A stretch of DNA of 64,000 nt from Eledone cirrhosa. Its lineage: Eukaryota. Location: the NCBI GenBank assembly GCA_964016885.1, contig OZ024740.1, positions 156,240,001 through 156,304,000 on the forward strand, read 5' to 3'. The notes beneath the pieces are model-generated. The model saw nothing but the letters and a program-made list of their open reading frames with translations. It made no database searches and was not told where the DNA came from. The stretch's first letter is position 1; each line of letters starts with the position of its first letter. Made by a program: the position numbers and the translations under genes. Shown here one piece after another: positions 46,612 to 58,866 of the stretch.

Positions 46612-48744
46612 TCAAGGCGGTTGATTTATCGTAGGAGTGTCAATCCAGTTACAGATCAGATGCGATTTCAGATGAGGACAGCATCTGAAGATCTCAGTCT
46701 TAGAGTTAAGGCAAGCGGAAGTGTCTCTCAAGTTTAGCAAAATCCTATACTTTTCTGTGGTACACAAAGAACAATTCTTTGTGCCCCTTTGGTACTCCCT
46801 CGAATGGTCTAATATAGACCAATCAATAGAGTACGGGATATTACTATCCTTGAGATCCCATACCTTACTTGCGAGGGCCGTTGATGTTCGTTTATCTGAG
46901 TGTTTAAAAGAAGCGACATGTGAGTAAAATCTGGTTTTAAACCTGTCCTGGGTCATACCGACATATCGCTCGCTTCTGGCTGGCTGGTTGTTGATAACTG
47001 GCGTTATTTTAGCCTCATAAACGACAGATTTTGTGTTACATTTACCCTGCAATGGGCATTCATCCGGCTTCCTGCAACTGCATCCTGGATTTATCCTCGT
47101 ACGGTTTGAACTGGTGATTTTGGATTTCATGGATGGACAACAAGAGTAGCTGATCTTAACTACATTCCTATTAAAAATCTTATAAAATCTATGAATAGGA
47201 GGAAAATGTTTGTCTAATAGTTCAAGGAATTTCCTTCCTACATTAGTTTTGACATTTAGAGAGAAGGGGGGTGTGAACCAAATAATCTTCCTTTTCCTGT
47301 TATTATGGTTAGTTTTAGGGGGGGGAGTAGGTAAATAAGAAATATTTTCTGTAAAACCGCTGTTCTTAAGGGCTTTATTATAATAAGGGGCGGCTTTATT
47401 AAAAATGTCTATAGACGAAGATAAAGTAGAAATCCTACGGCTAATGTTAGGAATAAGATTATTAAAAACTATAGGGGGATGGCAAGACTCTTTGTGTATA
47501 TACCTAAGATTTTCATTAGGTTTATGATAGGGTTTAAAAGAGGCAGTAAGTAGATCAAGATTAATATCAAGAAAGTTAGCATTAGTAAGGTTCGTATCTA
47601 TAGTAATTTTAAGGTTAAGATTAGCAAAGGTACTAATTAAATCTTTACGGAATTTATCAAGATTATGGCCATTGGTGGTATGAGAAACTGCTAATCCGTC
47701 ATCACGGTATAAACCGATATTATGGGACGGAAATTTCTCTTTGAGTGTGTGGAGAAGGAATAATCCTACTAAGTCGCACACATCCGCACTGTCATAAGAA
47801 CCCATTGCAACATCGAAAGAGTTTTCAGGGTTTGACTTTTTAACCCAAATCTTATCATTAGTAAAAAGTAAAGTTTTTCTGGCATGAAAGATAATGTCCT
47901 CTTCTAATTTGGAGATATTAATGAAGGGTCTTGCAAAATCTAAGGCTTTAGTTAATAAGGAAACGGTAATAGAAGGGTAAAAATCGACAATATCAAATTG
48001 CGTAAATCTACACTTATTTTTACCTTGTATATTATTGAACCAAGAAATAACAGAGGAAGTATTTAGCCACTGTGAAAGGACAGTGTTAGTTCTAATTTGG
48101 AGAATTATTTTTCTTAAGATTTTCTTACTAGCAAGGCCAACCTCGGATTTAGCCGGGTTAATCAGTCTACAACTAGGTCGATTAGTAAAGTCCAATTTAT
48201 GGTCTTTAAGGGTAATATATGCTTTACGCTTAGCTAAGCTTTCAATCCGGTTATCTATTTGTAAAGAACTAGCTAGTTCTTTAGCTTCTTTATTGATAGT
48301 ATTGTAGCTATTATTATTAGTTAATTGATATTTATTGGTAATACTATTAGTTAAAAGTTGGTTATACAAATTACTATTAACTTCAAAGAGGTTTTTGGTT
48401 TTATCAGAAAGAACAAAAGTGTTTGTAGAATTTCTAAAATTAGAGATATCGTGAGAAAGTTTAGTTTGAAAATTATTATTGTACTTACGAAATTTGATAT
48501 CACTAATTAGATTAACGAGGTCTAATTCGAAGTTGGCCATGTCTTTAATTCTAGGTGGATATTTACGGGATTTAATGTCAAAATTATCTTTAGTATCAGC
48601 ACTGAATAGTCCATCGTAAACCATTGCCTTCCATCTCATTCTTTTAACGACTTGCTCGATTTTATCAATGAGGATTTTGGTGTATGTTGTGTTGGAAGGA
48701 GTGGGTATGTTTTTGATAGAATAATCCAAATCATAAAGGTCCAT
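46612..48744 (-). CDS. PLE reverse transcriptase - GIY-YIG endonuclease polyprotein (710 aa)
   Basis: DKT, RLINP, FDIVDFYPSI, MGSYDS, YRDD, NFLDINL, CSCRKPDECPL, VVYE..YVGMT..RFYSH, CSLCTTE, LN..CPH. Confidence 0.95.
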   Translation of the reverse strand: MDLYDLDYSIKNIPTPSNTTYTKILIDKIEQVVKRMRWKAMVYDGLFSADTKDNFDIKSRKYPPRIKDMANFELDLVNLISDIKFRKYNNNFQTKLSHDISNFRNSTNTFVLSDKTKNLFEVNSNLYNQLLTNSITNKYQLTNNNSYNTINKEAKELASSLQIDNRIESLAKRKAYITLKDHKLDFTNRPSCRLINPAKSEVGLASKKILRKIILQIRTNTVLSQWLNTSSVISWFNNIQGKNKCRFTQFDIVDFYPSITVSLLTKALDFARPFINISKLEEDIIFHARKTLLFTNDKIWVKKSNPENSFDVAMGSYDSADVCDLVGLFLLHTLKEKFPSHNIGLYRDDGLAVSHTTNGHNLDKFRKDLISTFANLNLKITIDTNLTNANFLDINLDLLTASFKPYHKPNENLRYIHKESCHPPIVFNNLIPNISRRISTLSSSIDIFNKAAPYYNKALKNSGFTENISYLPTPPPKTNHNNRKRKIIWFTPPFSLNVKTNVGRKFLELLDKHFPPIHRFYKIFNRNVVKISYSCCPSMKSKITSSNRTRINPGCSCRKPDECPLQGKCNTKSVVYEAKITPVINNQPARSERYVGMTQDRFKTRFYSHVASFKHSDKRTSTALASKVWDLKDSNIPYSIDWSILDHSREYQRGTKNCSLCTTEKYRILLNLRDTSACLNSKTEIFRCCPHLKSHLICNWIDTPTINQPP

Positions 48745-49166
48745 GGTGTATGTTGGTTAAATTCCTGAAAACTGTAGAGTGCTCAACTAATCGGGCTGGA
48801 AAGTGCCAATCGTATATGTAATATCGAATATGCTGCGATCAATCCCGGTTGGAGCTGTATAAATGATTTTTTTGTGTGTGTTTGCATGTGTAGTTTTATT
48901 TTATTTTATTTTTCCTTTCCTTCTCCCTTTTCCAGCCTCACTTTCATATAGATTGCATTTTCGTTTTTAGAATCCATATTCAATAAACAAACCAGGATTT
49001 TTCATTCTGAGGATTGAAAGCAAAACCTTTTGCTTTTAAGAAACCACTGGTAAATGGAATAATTGCCTTATGTTGTTTATTACATAATAATAATAATTAA
49101 GCTCTGTTGCTTACATAGAGCACTCTTTTTTCCTGGACTTTTCCGATGGAATTACTTCATTCACAC

Positions 49167-49215
<49 letters not shown>

Positions 49216-49660
49216 AGCGTGCGCACGCATGTGTGTATATAGATATATGTTTAATCACATGTGTATATGTGAAGATGAGATAATTTTATTTTGCTTTATA
49301 GTTGTGGAGAGAGTAGGTGAAACAAAACAGAACAGAAGAAAAAGAAAACAGTGTTATTATGTACACGACACAAACTTGTCAAAAGGTTCTTTGCAATAAT
49401 AATATGACAATAATAGACGACGGCATTTTTATTATGGACTGTATGAATAATTAATATATATATATATGTTAATTATATACTGTATATATATGTATGCATA
49501 TATAATTATGTATACATATATATATATATAACTATAAATATATATATACATGTATATATACATATATATATACAATGATGCATATATATATATATATATA
49601 TATAGTTATATATATATACATATATATACATTATTATATATATATGTATATATACATATA

Positions 49661-49691
<31 letters not shown>

Positions 49692-49696
49692 GTAAT

Positions 49697-49727
<31 letters not shown>

Positions 49728-49738
49728 TTATATGTAAT

Positions 49739-49769
<31 letters not shown>

Positions 49770-49816
49770 TTATATGTAATTATATATATATATATATATA
49801 TATACATATTTATATG

Positions 49817-49919
<103 letters not shown>

Positions 49920-49955
49920 GTATATATACATATATATATATATGTAATTATATAT

Positions 49956-50051
<96 letters not shown>

Positions 50052-50212
50052 CAAAAGCAGCCTCTCTTTCCTCCTTCTCTATCTCCTCGACTTCTAGTTA
50101 GATTGCACTAGAGTTGTTGATTGTTATTAGATTGTTAACGTTTGGTTTGTATGCTCTGGCTGTCACTTGGAAACGACGAGAAAATACCGTTTATTATCGT
50201 TATTAATTACGT

Positions 50213-50750
50213 GGGCTAGGTGGTTGATTGGCTGAGTCATTAAAGAGTCAAAAAAATGCTTTCTTGTATTTGTTCCGCCCTTAATGTTTTTAGTTCTAAT
50301 CCCGCCGAAGCCAACTTTATTTTTCATCCTTCTGGGGTGGATAAAAAAAAATACTAGTAGTCACGTACAGGAGTCAGTTTCACCTCCCGTTAGATTGTTG
50401 GCTGTGTGTCAAAATTAGGAACTATTAAGGATTATGAGAGTGGTTGTGAGTAAAAAGCGGTAGGATGGCAGAAGTTATTTTTCATTCTGAGTTCAAATTC
50501 CACGGAGGTCAACATTGTCTTTCATCCTTTCGATAAATTAGAGTACTACAGTCGTTTCAGTACTACCGTCGATATAATCGACGGTAAATTTCCATCTAAA
50601 CATCTGGTCTCGTGCTTATTTTTGAAGCAACGGTGATTGGCAAGAAACGGCTGGATATTTTGTAGTATTTGTTTTCATCCTTCACCTTCTGAGATCAAAT
50701 CCCACCGAGATTAGTTTTGCTTTTCATCCTTTCCGGTGTAGATAAAATAC
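50213..50750 (+). mobile_element. Cluster of three degenerate tRNA-SINE copies
   Basis: three TTTCATCCTT..GATAAA cores, each with an upstream B-box-like sequence. Confidence 0.65.
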
Positions 50751-50844
50751 ATCAACAACAGTAACAGCAGCAGCAACAGCAACAACAACAACAAATACTA
50801 CTACTACTACTATTACTACTACTACTACTGCTGCTACTACCACA

Positions 50845-50916
<72 letters not shown>

Positions 50917-50942
50917 ACTACTACTACTACTACTACTACTAC
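50751..50942. repeat. (CAA/CAG/CTA/CTG)n trinucleotide repeat
   Basis: direct inspection. Confidence 0.95.
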
Positions 50943-50980
50943 ATGTAATGGTGACCAAGAAACTCTCATGGAATGACAAA

Positions 50981-51337
50981 ATGAGGTTCCCAAAGTGGGC
51001 GCTACCGACTCCCCGGGGGCGCTGGGGTCTAAGGGATGGGTGGGAGGCGGTAGAGATGATATAATAGTATATTAAATATCAAATGACACATATATATAAA
51101 TATAGTAAAATAAAACATATATATTTATTTATACATAGTATATATTATATTATTTATTATATATAAATTAACAATTTTATTTATTATATATTATTTACAG
51201 TTTGCGTGTAGGCAGGTCTTTCTGGAAATAGGGTGGGGGGGGGGGCTGATGGTATTACGTGGCCGTGAGGGAGGGGGCGCTGAGGGTATTACATGGCCGT
51301 GAGGGTGGGGATGGCCCCAAAAGTTTGAGAATCTCTG
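50981..51337. mobile_element. Non-autonomous hAT (Charlie-like) MITE
   Basis: ends GAGGTTCCCAAAGTG and AAAGTTTGAGAATCTCTG, followed by ATCTAGA; subterminal GGGGGCGCTG repeats. Confidence 0.6.
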
Positions 51338-51604
51338 ATCTAGATATTTTGATAACTATTCACCTCGTCCAAGAGGTGGCTAATAAAGAAGCTAGATTAA
51401 TTTAATCGTCCGCTGTGAGAGTTATACATTATATAGCATTAGCAAGGCTACAGTTCTTGATTATGTAGATTGGAAGAATCGTGTTCCGGCTTTTTGCTTT
51501 CATCTTTCCGGGGCCGATAAAATATAGTACCAGTCAAGTATATAAAAATACTATCACATCTCTCTAAATTGTTATCATTGTGCCTAACCTAGAAACTATT
51601 ATTT

Positions 51605-51790
51605 GGATTGGTAGTATCAGTAGAGGGTCGGACGCCATGCTTTCCAGCATAGTTACGCCCCTTTACGGTCTGAGTTCAAATCCCGCCGAGGTTGACTTTG
51701 CCTTTCATCCTTACGGGGTCGATAAAATAAAGTACCAGTAATGCACTGGGTAATTGCTGGCCTTGTGCCTAAAGTAGAAACAATTATTAA
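51605..51790 (+). mobile_element. tRNA-derived SINE (a degenerate copy precedes it at about 51470-51600)
   Basis: same family as 4971-5160. Confidence 0.85.
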
Positions 51791-51794
51791 TACT

Positions 51795-52205
51795 TTTCTC
51801 CCATCTTGGAAAATATAGCTTCGACGATTCAGCGCCATTCATGTTAATATTTAGCAACTTTCTATGTTTTGCCCTATGTAAGAAGCATTTCTTTCGGCTT
51901 GCCTTTAACTAATCTACGTCAGGTTTTCTTTGGTCGACCATGTTTTTGCTTTTTATGAAGGGTCCATCTTAATTCTACGCTTGATATTGTGTTCTGGTAC
52001 ATTTTGAGTATATAGGTAAACCACCCGAATTGCCGGCGTTTTATTTCAGGGATCACATTATTGCAAACTGGAGAGCTATTTGTTTCATATGTTGTTGGGC
52101 CTGAGGATGCAGCAGATTCTCATTAGGAAACATTGATCTTTTCCGTGTCTCCTTTTACCACTCGCTTGCATTGTGAGTCATACATTAACACTGATTTAAT
52201 ATAGA
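51795..52205 (-). mobile_element. Degenerate RTE LINE 3' fragment
   Basis: IKSVLMY, EIKRRQFGWFTYILKM, LRWT..KHGRPKKT*RR with multiple stops. Confidence 0.6.
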
Positions 52206-52890
52206 TATTATTGAGTCCATTCACAGTCCTTGAGAAAGATATTCATTCTGATGGCAAGAATATTTCTGTCAAAAGATATTAACGAGAGATCGGGTGGATT
52301 CCCAGAGTATAAGCATAGAGTCAGTCCTTGTCTGGGGAATACGTCATATGAGAGGTCCTCTTCATTTAGTAACAATACAGTTGATGGTGGTGGTGGGTAC
52401 TTATGGCTCAAATGGCATCAGGTGATAACTATTAACGCAGACGTAGAGAAAGAGAATTACTATATGGTTACTGGCACAGGTATTGCCAGAAGGGATAGAA
52501 GATAGAGGCAATGACATCATTCGAAAACTATTAAACGATGACAAGTATTTTCGTACAAACAATCACCACGGTCACCACAGACACCACAAGATTCTTGACT
52601 CTTATAGATATATGTATATTGTCATGAGAAAGAGGGAGAGAGGGAGAGAGAGATGAAAAGAGAGTGTTTGTGTATATGGATGTATGTGAGAAAGAGAGAG
52701 GACGTATGTGTGTATTTGTGTGTGTGAGAGAGAGAGGAGATACTTAAGAAATTTGTTGTAGTGACAGTAACAAGAATAATACACACACTGTTAAAAACTA
52801 AAGGGTTGGGTTGTACCAATTCAAGGTGCAATGACAGTATGTAAGCATGTATTTAACAATAAATACACTTGATCGAGGGCGTACGTGCGT

Positions 52891-53059
52891 AGAGAGAGGG
52901 AGAGAGAGAGAGGGAAAGGGAGAGAGGGAGAGATAAAGAGGGGGAGAGGGAGAGAGAGAGGGAGGGATAGAGGGAGAGAGAGAGGGAAAGGAAGAGAGGG
53001 AGGGATAGAGAGGGAGAGAGAGAGAGGGAGTGATAGAGGGAGATAGAGAGGGAGAGATA

Positions 53060-53154
<95 letters not shown>

Positions 53155-53201
53155 AGATAGAGGGAAAGGAAGAGAGGGAGAGATAAAGAGGGGGAGAGAG
53201 A

Positions 53202-53233
<32 letters not shown>

Positions 53234-53320
53234 AGGAAATATAGAGGGAGAGAGAAAGGGTACGAGAGAGAGAGAGAGAGAGACAGAGATAGAGAGAGAC
53301 AGAGAGGAGAGAGTAAGAAA
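52891..53320. repeat. (GA)n-rich low-complexity tract (a similar tract at 54090-54320)
   Basis: direct inspection. Confidence 0.95.
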
Positions 53321-54147
53321 GAGGAAAGTAACTTGTCAAGTTACACAAATCCTGCAAAACTCTCAATGCGTAATTTCATTACATCAAATAAGTAAAACAA
53401 CACTTAAAGAAATTAACCCTTGCTCCAACAAACATCGCATATTTATATTAGATAAATGAAAGTCCGTCAGTTTCAACGATGAATATTTTACCTGTCAAGT
53501 CTACAGAACTACCTACTCGTCTGAGGAATGAGCCCCGCGTGGTGGGGTGGCAGTTGCAGCATGGCAGTGCTTTTGCGGTCCTCTCCGCGTGCGCAGCCCC
53601 ATTACCGCCGCGCCCTAGGCCCAGAGCCCAATCATCCCCTTCCTCATTCTTCTGTGAAACTAGAGCCCATGCCTTTCCCTTCCTTTTTCTGTTTTTTTTT
53701 TTTATATTTTCTTATTTTACATTCCATTGAAAAATATTTCGTTGTTAAATTAACCTGCAAATGACACCTTTAACGAAATTTTCTGGGAGATTCTGCTGGC
53801 TATTTGAATTACAGACACAGCTCATCTGACGGGCTTTCAAACATTTCCTGTTGGCCAAATTTCACTCATAGCTTTGGTTCAACTCGAAGCTATGCCAGAA
53901 GACACTTGCCAAAAATACCATGCTACTTATACATCTATATTGCTACAAGTAAAAATATACATTGCCACAAGTAGCTTCGTTAATTTTTGATTTATTTGTT
54001 TTATTCTTAATACGTGATGTCTTGGGCATCGAAATCTGGCGGGACCCATCCCCCCCTAGCTCTGAACTCAGTCAATTTCCTGGAAAGAAAAAGAGTGAGG
54101 GAGAATAACAGAGAGAATGAGAATGAGAAACGAGAGAGAGAGAGGGC

Positions 54148-54198
<51 letters not shown>

Positions 54199-54691
54199 GC
54201 AGAGAGAGAGAAAAGGGGGAGATAGGGAGAAGGAGAGAGAGAGAAAGGAGTAAAGTGAAAGTAGAAGAAGAAGAAGAAGAAGAAGAAGAAGAAGAAGAAG
54301 AAGAAGAAGAAGAAGAAGCCTATTACCAAGGACGATACAAAGGAGCTCAGAATACAATGCTCTGGAATAATATTCTCCTTACAATCTCAAAAAGATGAAA
54401 TGCAAAATTCAGGGCGAATTTGAATTGAAATCTCAAAAAGACACCAAATTACAAAGAGGCATTCAATCCTACGCTCCAACGCCTTTTCAATTAATTCATA
54501 AATCGAAGTTCAAAAGCAATTCTTATACCAAATGCTAAACTAATTCAAACAAAACCCAAACAATAACCATCACTTTTATTAATATCCCAGCAAACCAACG
54601 TGGAAGATTGATTTGCTTGATATAGCAGCTAAACATCCTTCAAATCATAATCTATCCATCTATCCTCTTAAAGGAAGTAATGACAAATTAA

Positions 54692-54870
54692 ATAATTGTT
54701 TCTATTTTTGGCACAAGACCAGCAATTATCCCAGTACATTACTGGTACTTTATTTTATCGACCCCGTAAGAATGAAAGGCAAAGTTAATCTCGGCTGGAT
54801 TAAAACTCAAATCGTAAAGGGCCGTAACTCTATGCTGCAAACATGGTGTCCGACTCTCTACCGATACTGA
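54692..54870 (-). mobile_element. tRNA-derived SINE
   Basis: same family, reverse orientation. Confidence 0.85.
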
Positions 54871-55542
54871 ATGTAGAATTATTACATCTGAAAAGAAAAC
54901 AACAAAAAACAAAAACAAAAACATGAATGGTTGGGTTTTGGTTGGAATGCGTTCATTGATTAAGCCTCAATCATAGCTGACTTGGATATCATTACCACTA
55001 TTGCAACAACCTCGCCAACACCCTCACCTCCTGGTTCTTGGTTCAATGCCACCGTGCCTCACCTCGTGCATATAGTTTTTACCATAAATTCGGCTCTCCT
55101 AAAGGCACTAAAGTGGTATAATTTGGCCATCAGAAACGCTGTGAAAGCCAGTCAGCCCCCTTCTCCATTAGGCGTGCACATACGTGTATTCTGTCCCAAG
55201 ATAATTACCTGTATGTCGAGGTCTTCGCCCTGTGTTTCTTACGAGATAATATGCACTAGACGAATTACTGAGTTCGACAGAACCTACAGCAAATCCCTTG
55301 AAGTCGGTGACCTGCACCATAACTACAGTCTACAAAACTGAGTCTAGTGAAAATGATGATTTCTAATTTAGGCCAGCAATATGGTGGGAGGAGAAAGTCG
55401 AGTAAATCGACCTCAGGAATTGATTAGTACTTATTTTATCGAGGCCGGAATGATGAAACGCAAGCTTAACTTCCGAAGATGGATAAACTCACAATGTAAA
55501 AAGCCGGAGATGCTGCAAATCCTTTTGAGTTCAATAAAGAAA

Positions 55543-55730
55543 AATAATTGTTTCTACTTTTGGCACAAGGCCAGCAATTATCCAGTATATTACTGGTACT
55601 TTATTTTATTGACCCCATAAGGATGAAAGGCAAAGTTAACCTTGGCGGGATTTGAACTCAGAATAGCAAGGGCCGTAAGTCTATGCTGGAAAGCATGGTG
55701 TCCGACTCTCTACCGATACTGCCAATCCAC
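55543..55730 (-). mobile_element. tRNA-derived SINE
   Basis: same family, reverse orientation. Confidence 0.85.
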
Positions 55731-55827
55731 CACTTATTATCAGTAAAGAAAAGTAATAACAATTACAACAGTGAAGAAGTACTCGTTGTCGATGAATGGC
55801 AGTTATAAGTCTGTTGTAAATTGTAAA

Positions 55828-56160
55828 GGCGCATGTCTTAGTGGTTAGAGTGTTCGCCCCATGACCATAAATTGTGAGCATGATTCCTGGCGGTACGTTA
55901 TATCCTTGAGCATGACAGTTTATTTCACATTGCTCCAGTTCACTCAGCTGGCAAAGAAGAATTGTACTTGCAATTCAAACACCAGATTTCTCACACATTG
56001 GATCACGTAGAATCTCAATGAGAACTATGTGAAGATTACACGTGTTTTGGGACTGCCAAAGCATCTGCAGATTAATTTCATGAGCAGGCTTTTCCGTTGT
56101 TCGAACAACAGGAACATTCATCGCTGGAACTGACGAATGTCCAACACATAACGTAGGACA
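55828..56160 (+). mobile_element. Second tRNA-SINE family (CORE-like central domain)
   Basis: TAGTGGTTAGAG A-box, GATTCC B-box remnant, TCCTTGAGCATGACAGTTTATTTCACATTGCTCCAG. Confidence 0.55.
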
Positions 56161-56368
56161 TATATACATTTGCAGTAAACTGAGATGAAAAACTATGCAT
56201 TAAATTTGAGGGCACCTAATTCAATACGAAATGTATAAAAGGGAGATATGAAGCTAGCGAAGAGATACAATAGTTGTTGAGGTTTTACATAAATGTCGGG
56301 ATTGTTAAATATTGCACAGAAAACAACGAATTGTATTTCATGCCTGACCTTTCAAAATATTAATATCC

Positions 56369-56417
<49 letters not shown>

Positions 56418-57108
56418 AGAAATGTAATCTATGTTTTTCGAATATTAATAATAACATTCGATTCGTTTGCAATTATGCAAAAAAGCCTCATTTTTAAAGC
56501 CATGTCAGCAGAATGAGCCCCTCATTCTTGCTCTTGTGTTGGCATGTAAACAGAATTGCAGACACTAATGTTTCTGGGTATTACCCTTCACCAGTACAGC
56601 TCACTGATCACCTGCCAACTGCCAGAGTTAGTGAAAATATATGCTATTTTCTAAAATATACAGTGACTGATCGGCCTGATTTGCATATTAGCCGACTAGC
56701 TGATCAGTCAGATCTGCATATTAGCAGATCTACTGATCAGCTAGATTTGCATATCAGCAGACTGGCTAGTCAGTTTCGTGTATACGAGCGATAAATGGCC
56801 GGCTTTCAAATAAAAGAAAAAATTTCGCTCTACATGGCTGAATACAATAAATGTAATCTGAGTTTTTTGAATATTGATAATAACATTCGATTCGTTTACA
56901 ATTATGCAAACAAGCCTCATTTATAAAGCCATTTCTTGCTCTTGTGTTGGCATGTAAACACAAGAGAAAAATGAGGGGCTCACTCTACTGACATGACTTT
57001 AAAATAAGCCTTGTTTGCATAATTGCAAACAAATCGAATGTTATTATTAATATTCAAAAAACTCAGATTACATTTATTGTATTCAGCCATGTAGAGCGAA
57101 CATTTTTT

Positions 57109-57115
<7 letters not shown>
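56418..57115 (-). mobile_element. Mini-element family D: 429 nt unit, partial tandem plus inverted arm
   Basis: direct repeat 56420/56849; inverted 56958-57114; HHR-like TGTA-CTGGTGA-AGGGTAATACCCA-GAAACATTAGTGTC-TGCA at 56557-56598; TA flanks. Confidence 0.75.
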
Positions 57116-57140
<25 letters not shown>

Positions 57141-57141
<1 letters not shown>

Positions 57142-57400
57142 AGCGGAAAAAATGAAACGAAATTTCATTTCCCACTCTTAGTACGGCTGTTACTTAAATA
57201 TAAGTATGTACACGTACATACATATATGTATACAGACGTACAGTAGTATGTATATATATATACATACATGCACACATATATATATGTACGTATGGATTCA
57301 CCGAACATTTATTATAACGCTCGGTGTGTTTGTAAACAAACATCCCGTATTAAGCCGTAGTGTCTAGCAACCATCGTTGCTCGTTTGTTCAACACTGACA
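57141..57400 (-). mobile_element. Mini-element family A, partial
   Basis: matches 41383-41643. Confidence 0.75.
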
Positions 57401-57401
57401 A

Positions 57402-57609
57402 ATAAATAATTACAACAGTGACATAAACAGGTACTCAAGTTTCGTTGGTTTCTGGGCCCCAATTCATTCAGCCTGTCATCTCATGGGGCCCAGAACCCCA
57501 CGAAACTTTAGTACCTGTTTATTTCACTGTTGTAATTATTTATACTAAACTTGTCCTATGGGCTGAGTGCTCTTACTCTTGGATATTTCCACTTAACCTT
57601 TACTTCAGT
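57402..57609. mobile_element. Small fold-back PLE end with HHR 3' half and tail
   Basis: arms 57402-57461/57484-57543; GAAACTTTAGTA; tail with GAGTGCTC. Confidence 0.65.
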
Positions 57610-57635
57610 ATATATATATATATATATATATATAT

Positions 57636-58530
57636 GAATAAAGTGGTCCTTCATCAGTGATCTTCCAACCATCACCGGTATTTCTTCGCTTTAAAGACCA
57701 TATACCTCCGGTTTGTGCGAGCAACGGCTAAAGAAAGTCGTTGGGACATGTAAATAAAGGGAACAGCGAGAGTGTAAACAAACAAAGATGGTGAAGCAAC
57801 GAAAAGTGAGGAAGAACGAGTCAAGTCCCAAATTTCCATGAATATAAGTTCGGTGAAATCGTGAACGAGAGAGAATAAAGACCATCAAACCTGGTTGAAA
57901 TGTGAGCAAGGAAGGAATTCCGCACAGGTCTAACGGGAGGAAGAAGGAGTCTAGTCTGTGAATTCGGTGAACATAGGTTCTGTGAAATCGTAGACGAGAA
58001 AGAGAAAAAAGGCGAACCGGCCTGGCCAAGCGTGCGAAAGAAAAGAATTACGCAAGGTCAAACGGGAAGAAGGAGGAGGAGGAGAGGTAGTAACAGAGAG
58101 TGAGTGAGTGAAGGGTGAGGAAGAGGCTAACAGAGAGAGTGACTGTTAGAGAGGGTAAAGATACAGAGAAAGAGGAAGCAGTAAGAACGAAATAGACCGG
58201 TCACAGCGGGGAAAAAATATGTGTAAATATGAGAATAAACGTGCTGCGTGGTTGCAAATATATATAAGAGAGTATTGAAGTTTGCTTGAAGCATTGTGGA
58301 ATAATAAGGTAAATTCCTTTAAATCGTTTGGAAGCCTCGACAATGCAGATGGGTAAATCTCTGAGTAATAAGATCCGGTGGTGGAGAGAGAGATGTAAGT
58401 GGGTGTACGTTGAGATGCGTGGCGTGTATAAGACTGTCATGCATGACTTGGCAAGCTATTTACAACATTGAGAAATTTAAGGACATTTAAATAAATCTAA
58501 GGTAAAAGACTAATTGTCAACAATATACAA
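57636..58530 (-). mobile_element. Interspersed repeat, longer copy of 19229-19757
   Basis: sequence similarity over about 520 bp; TA flanks. Confidence 0.55.
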
Positions 58531-58545
58531 ACATATACAAACGTT

Positions 58546-58614
<69 letters not shown>

Positions 58615-58664
58615 CAGGGGTGAAGGGTGCGTGCATGCGTTATAGAATCTTGAGTTGATCAATT

Positions 58665-58722
58665 GCGTCGGTTGAAGCAAGCAGAATTTTGGCTGCTTAC
58701 TAAATCGTAGAAACATAAAAAG

Positions 58723-58795
<73 letters not shown>

Positions 58796-58866
58796 GACAG
58801 CGTCGGTTGAAGCAAGCAGAATTTTGGCTGGTTGTTAAATCGTAGACACATAAAAAGATAACACAC
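58665..58866. repeat. Tandem duplication of about 65 bp separated by (CA)n
   Basis: GCGTCGGTTGAAGCAAGCAGAATTTTGGCTG occurs twice. Confidence 0.85.

Larger units (their letters stand above)
44637..49166 (-). mobile_element. Apparently intact Penelope-like element (Hydra-clade-like) with inverted pLTR and tail
   Basis: apparently identical about 225 bp inverted repeats 44637-44861/48867-49091; tail 49092-49166; intact ORF; TA flanks. Confidence 0.92.

Noticed and set aside
54982-55341. 119 aa ORF as a host exon
   Set aside because: No recognisable domain or supportable splice structure.
56660-56772. CRISPR-like array
   Set aside because: Direct tandem repeats without unique spacers, eukaryotic context and no cas genes.
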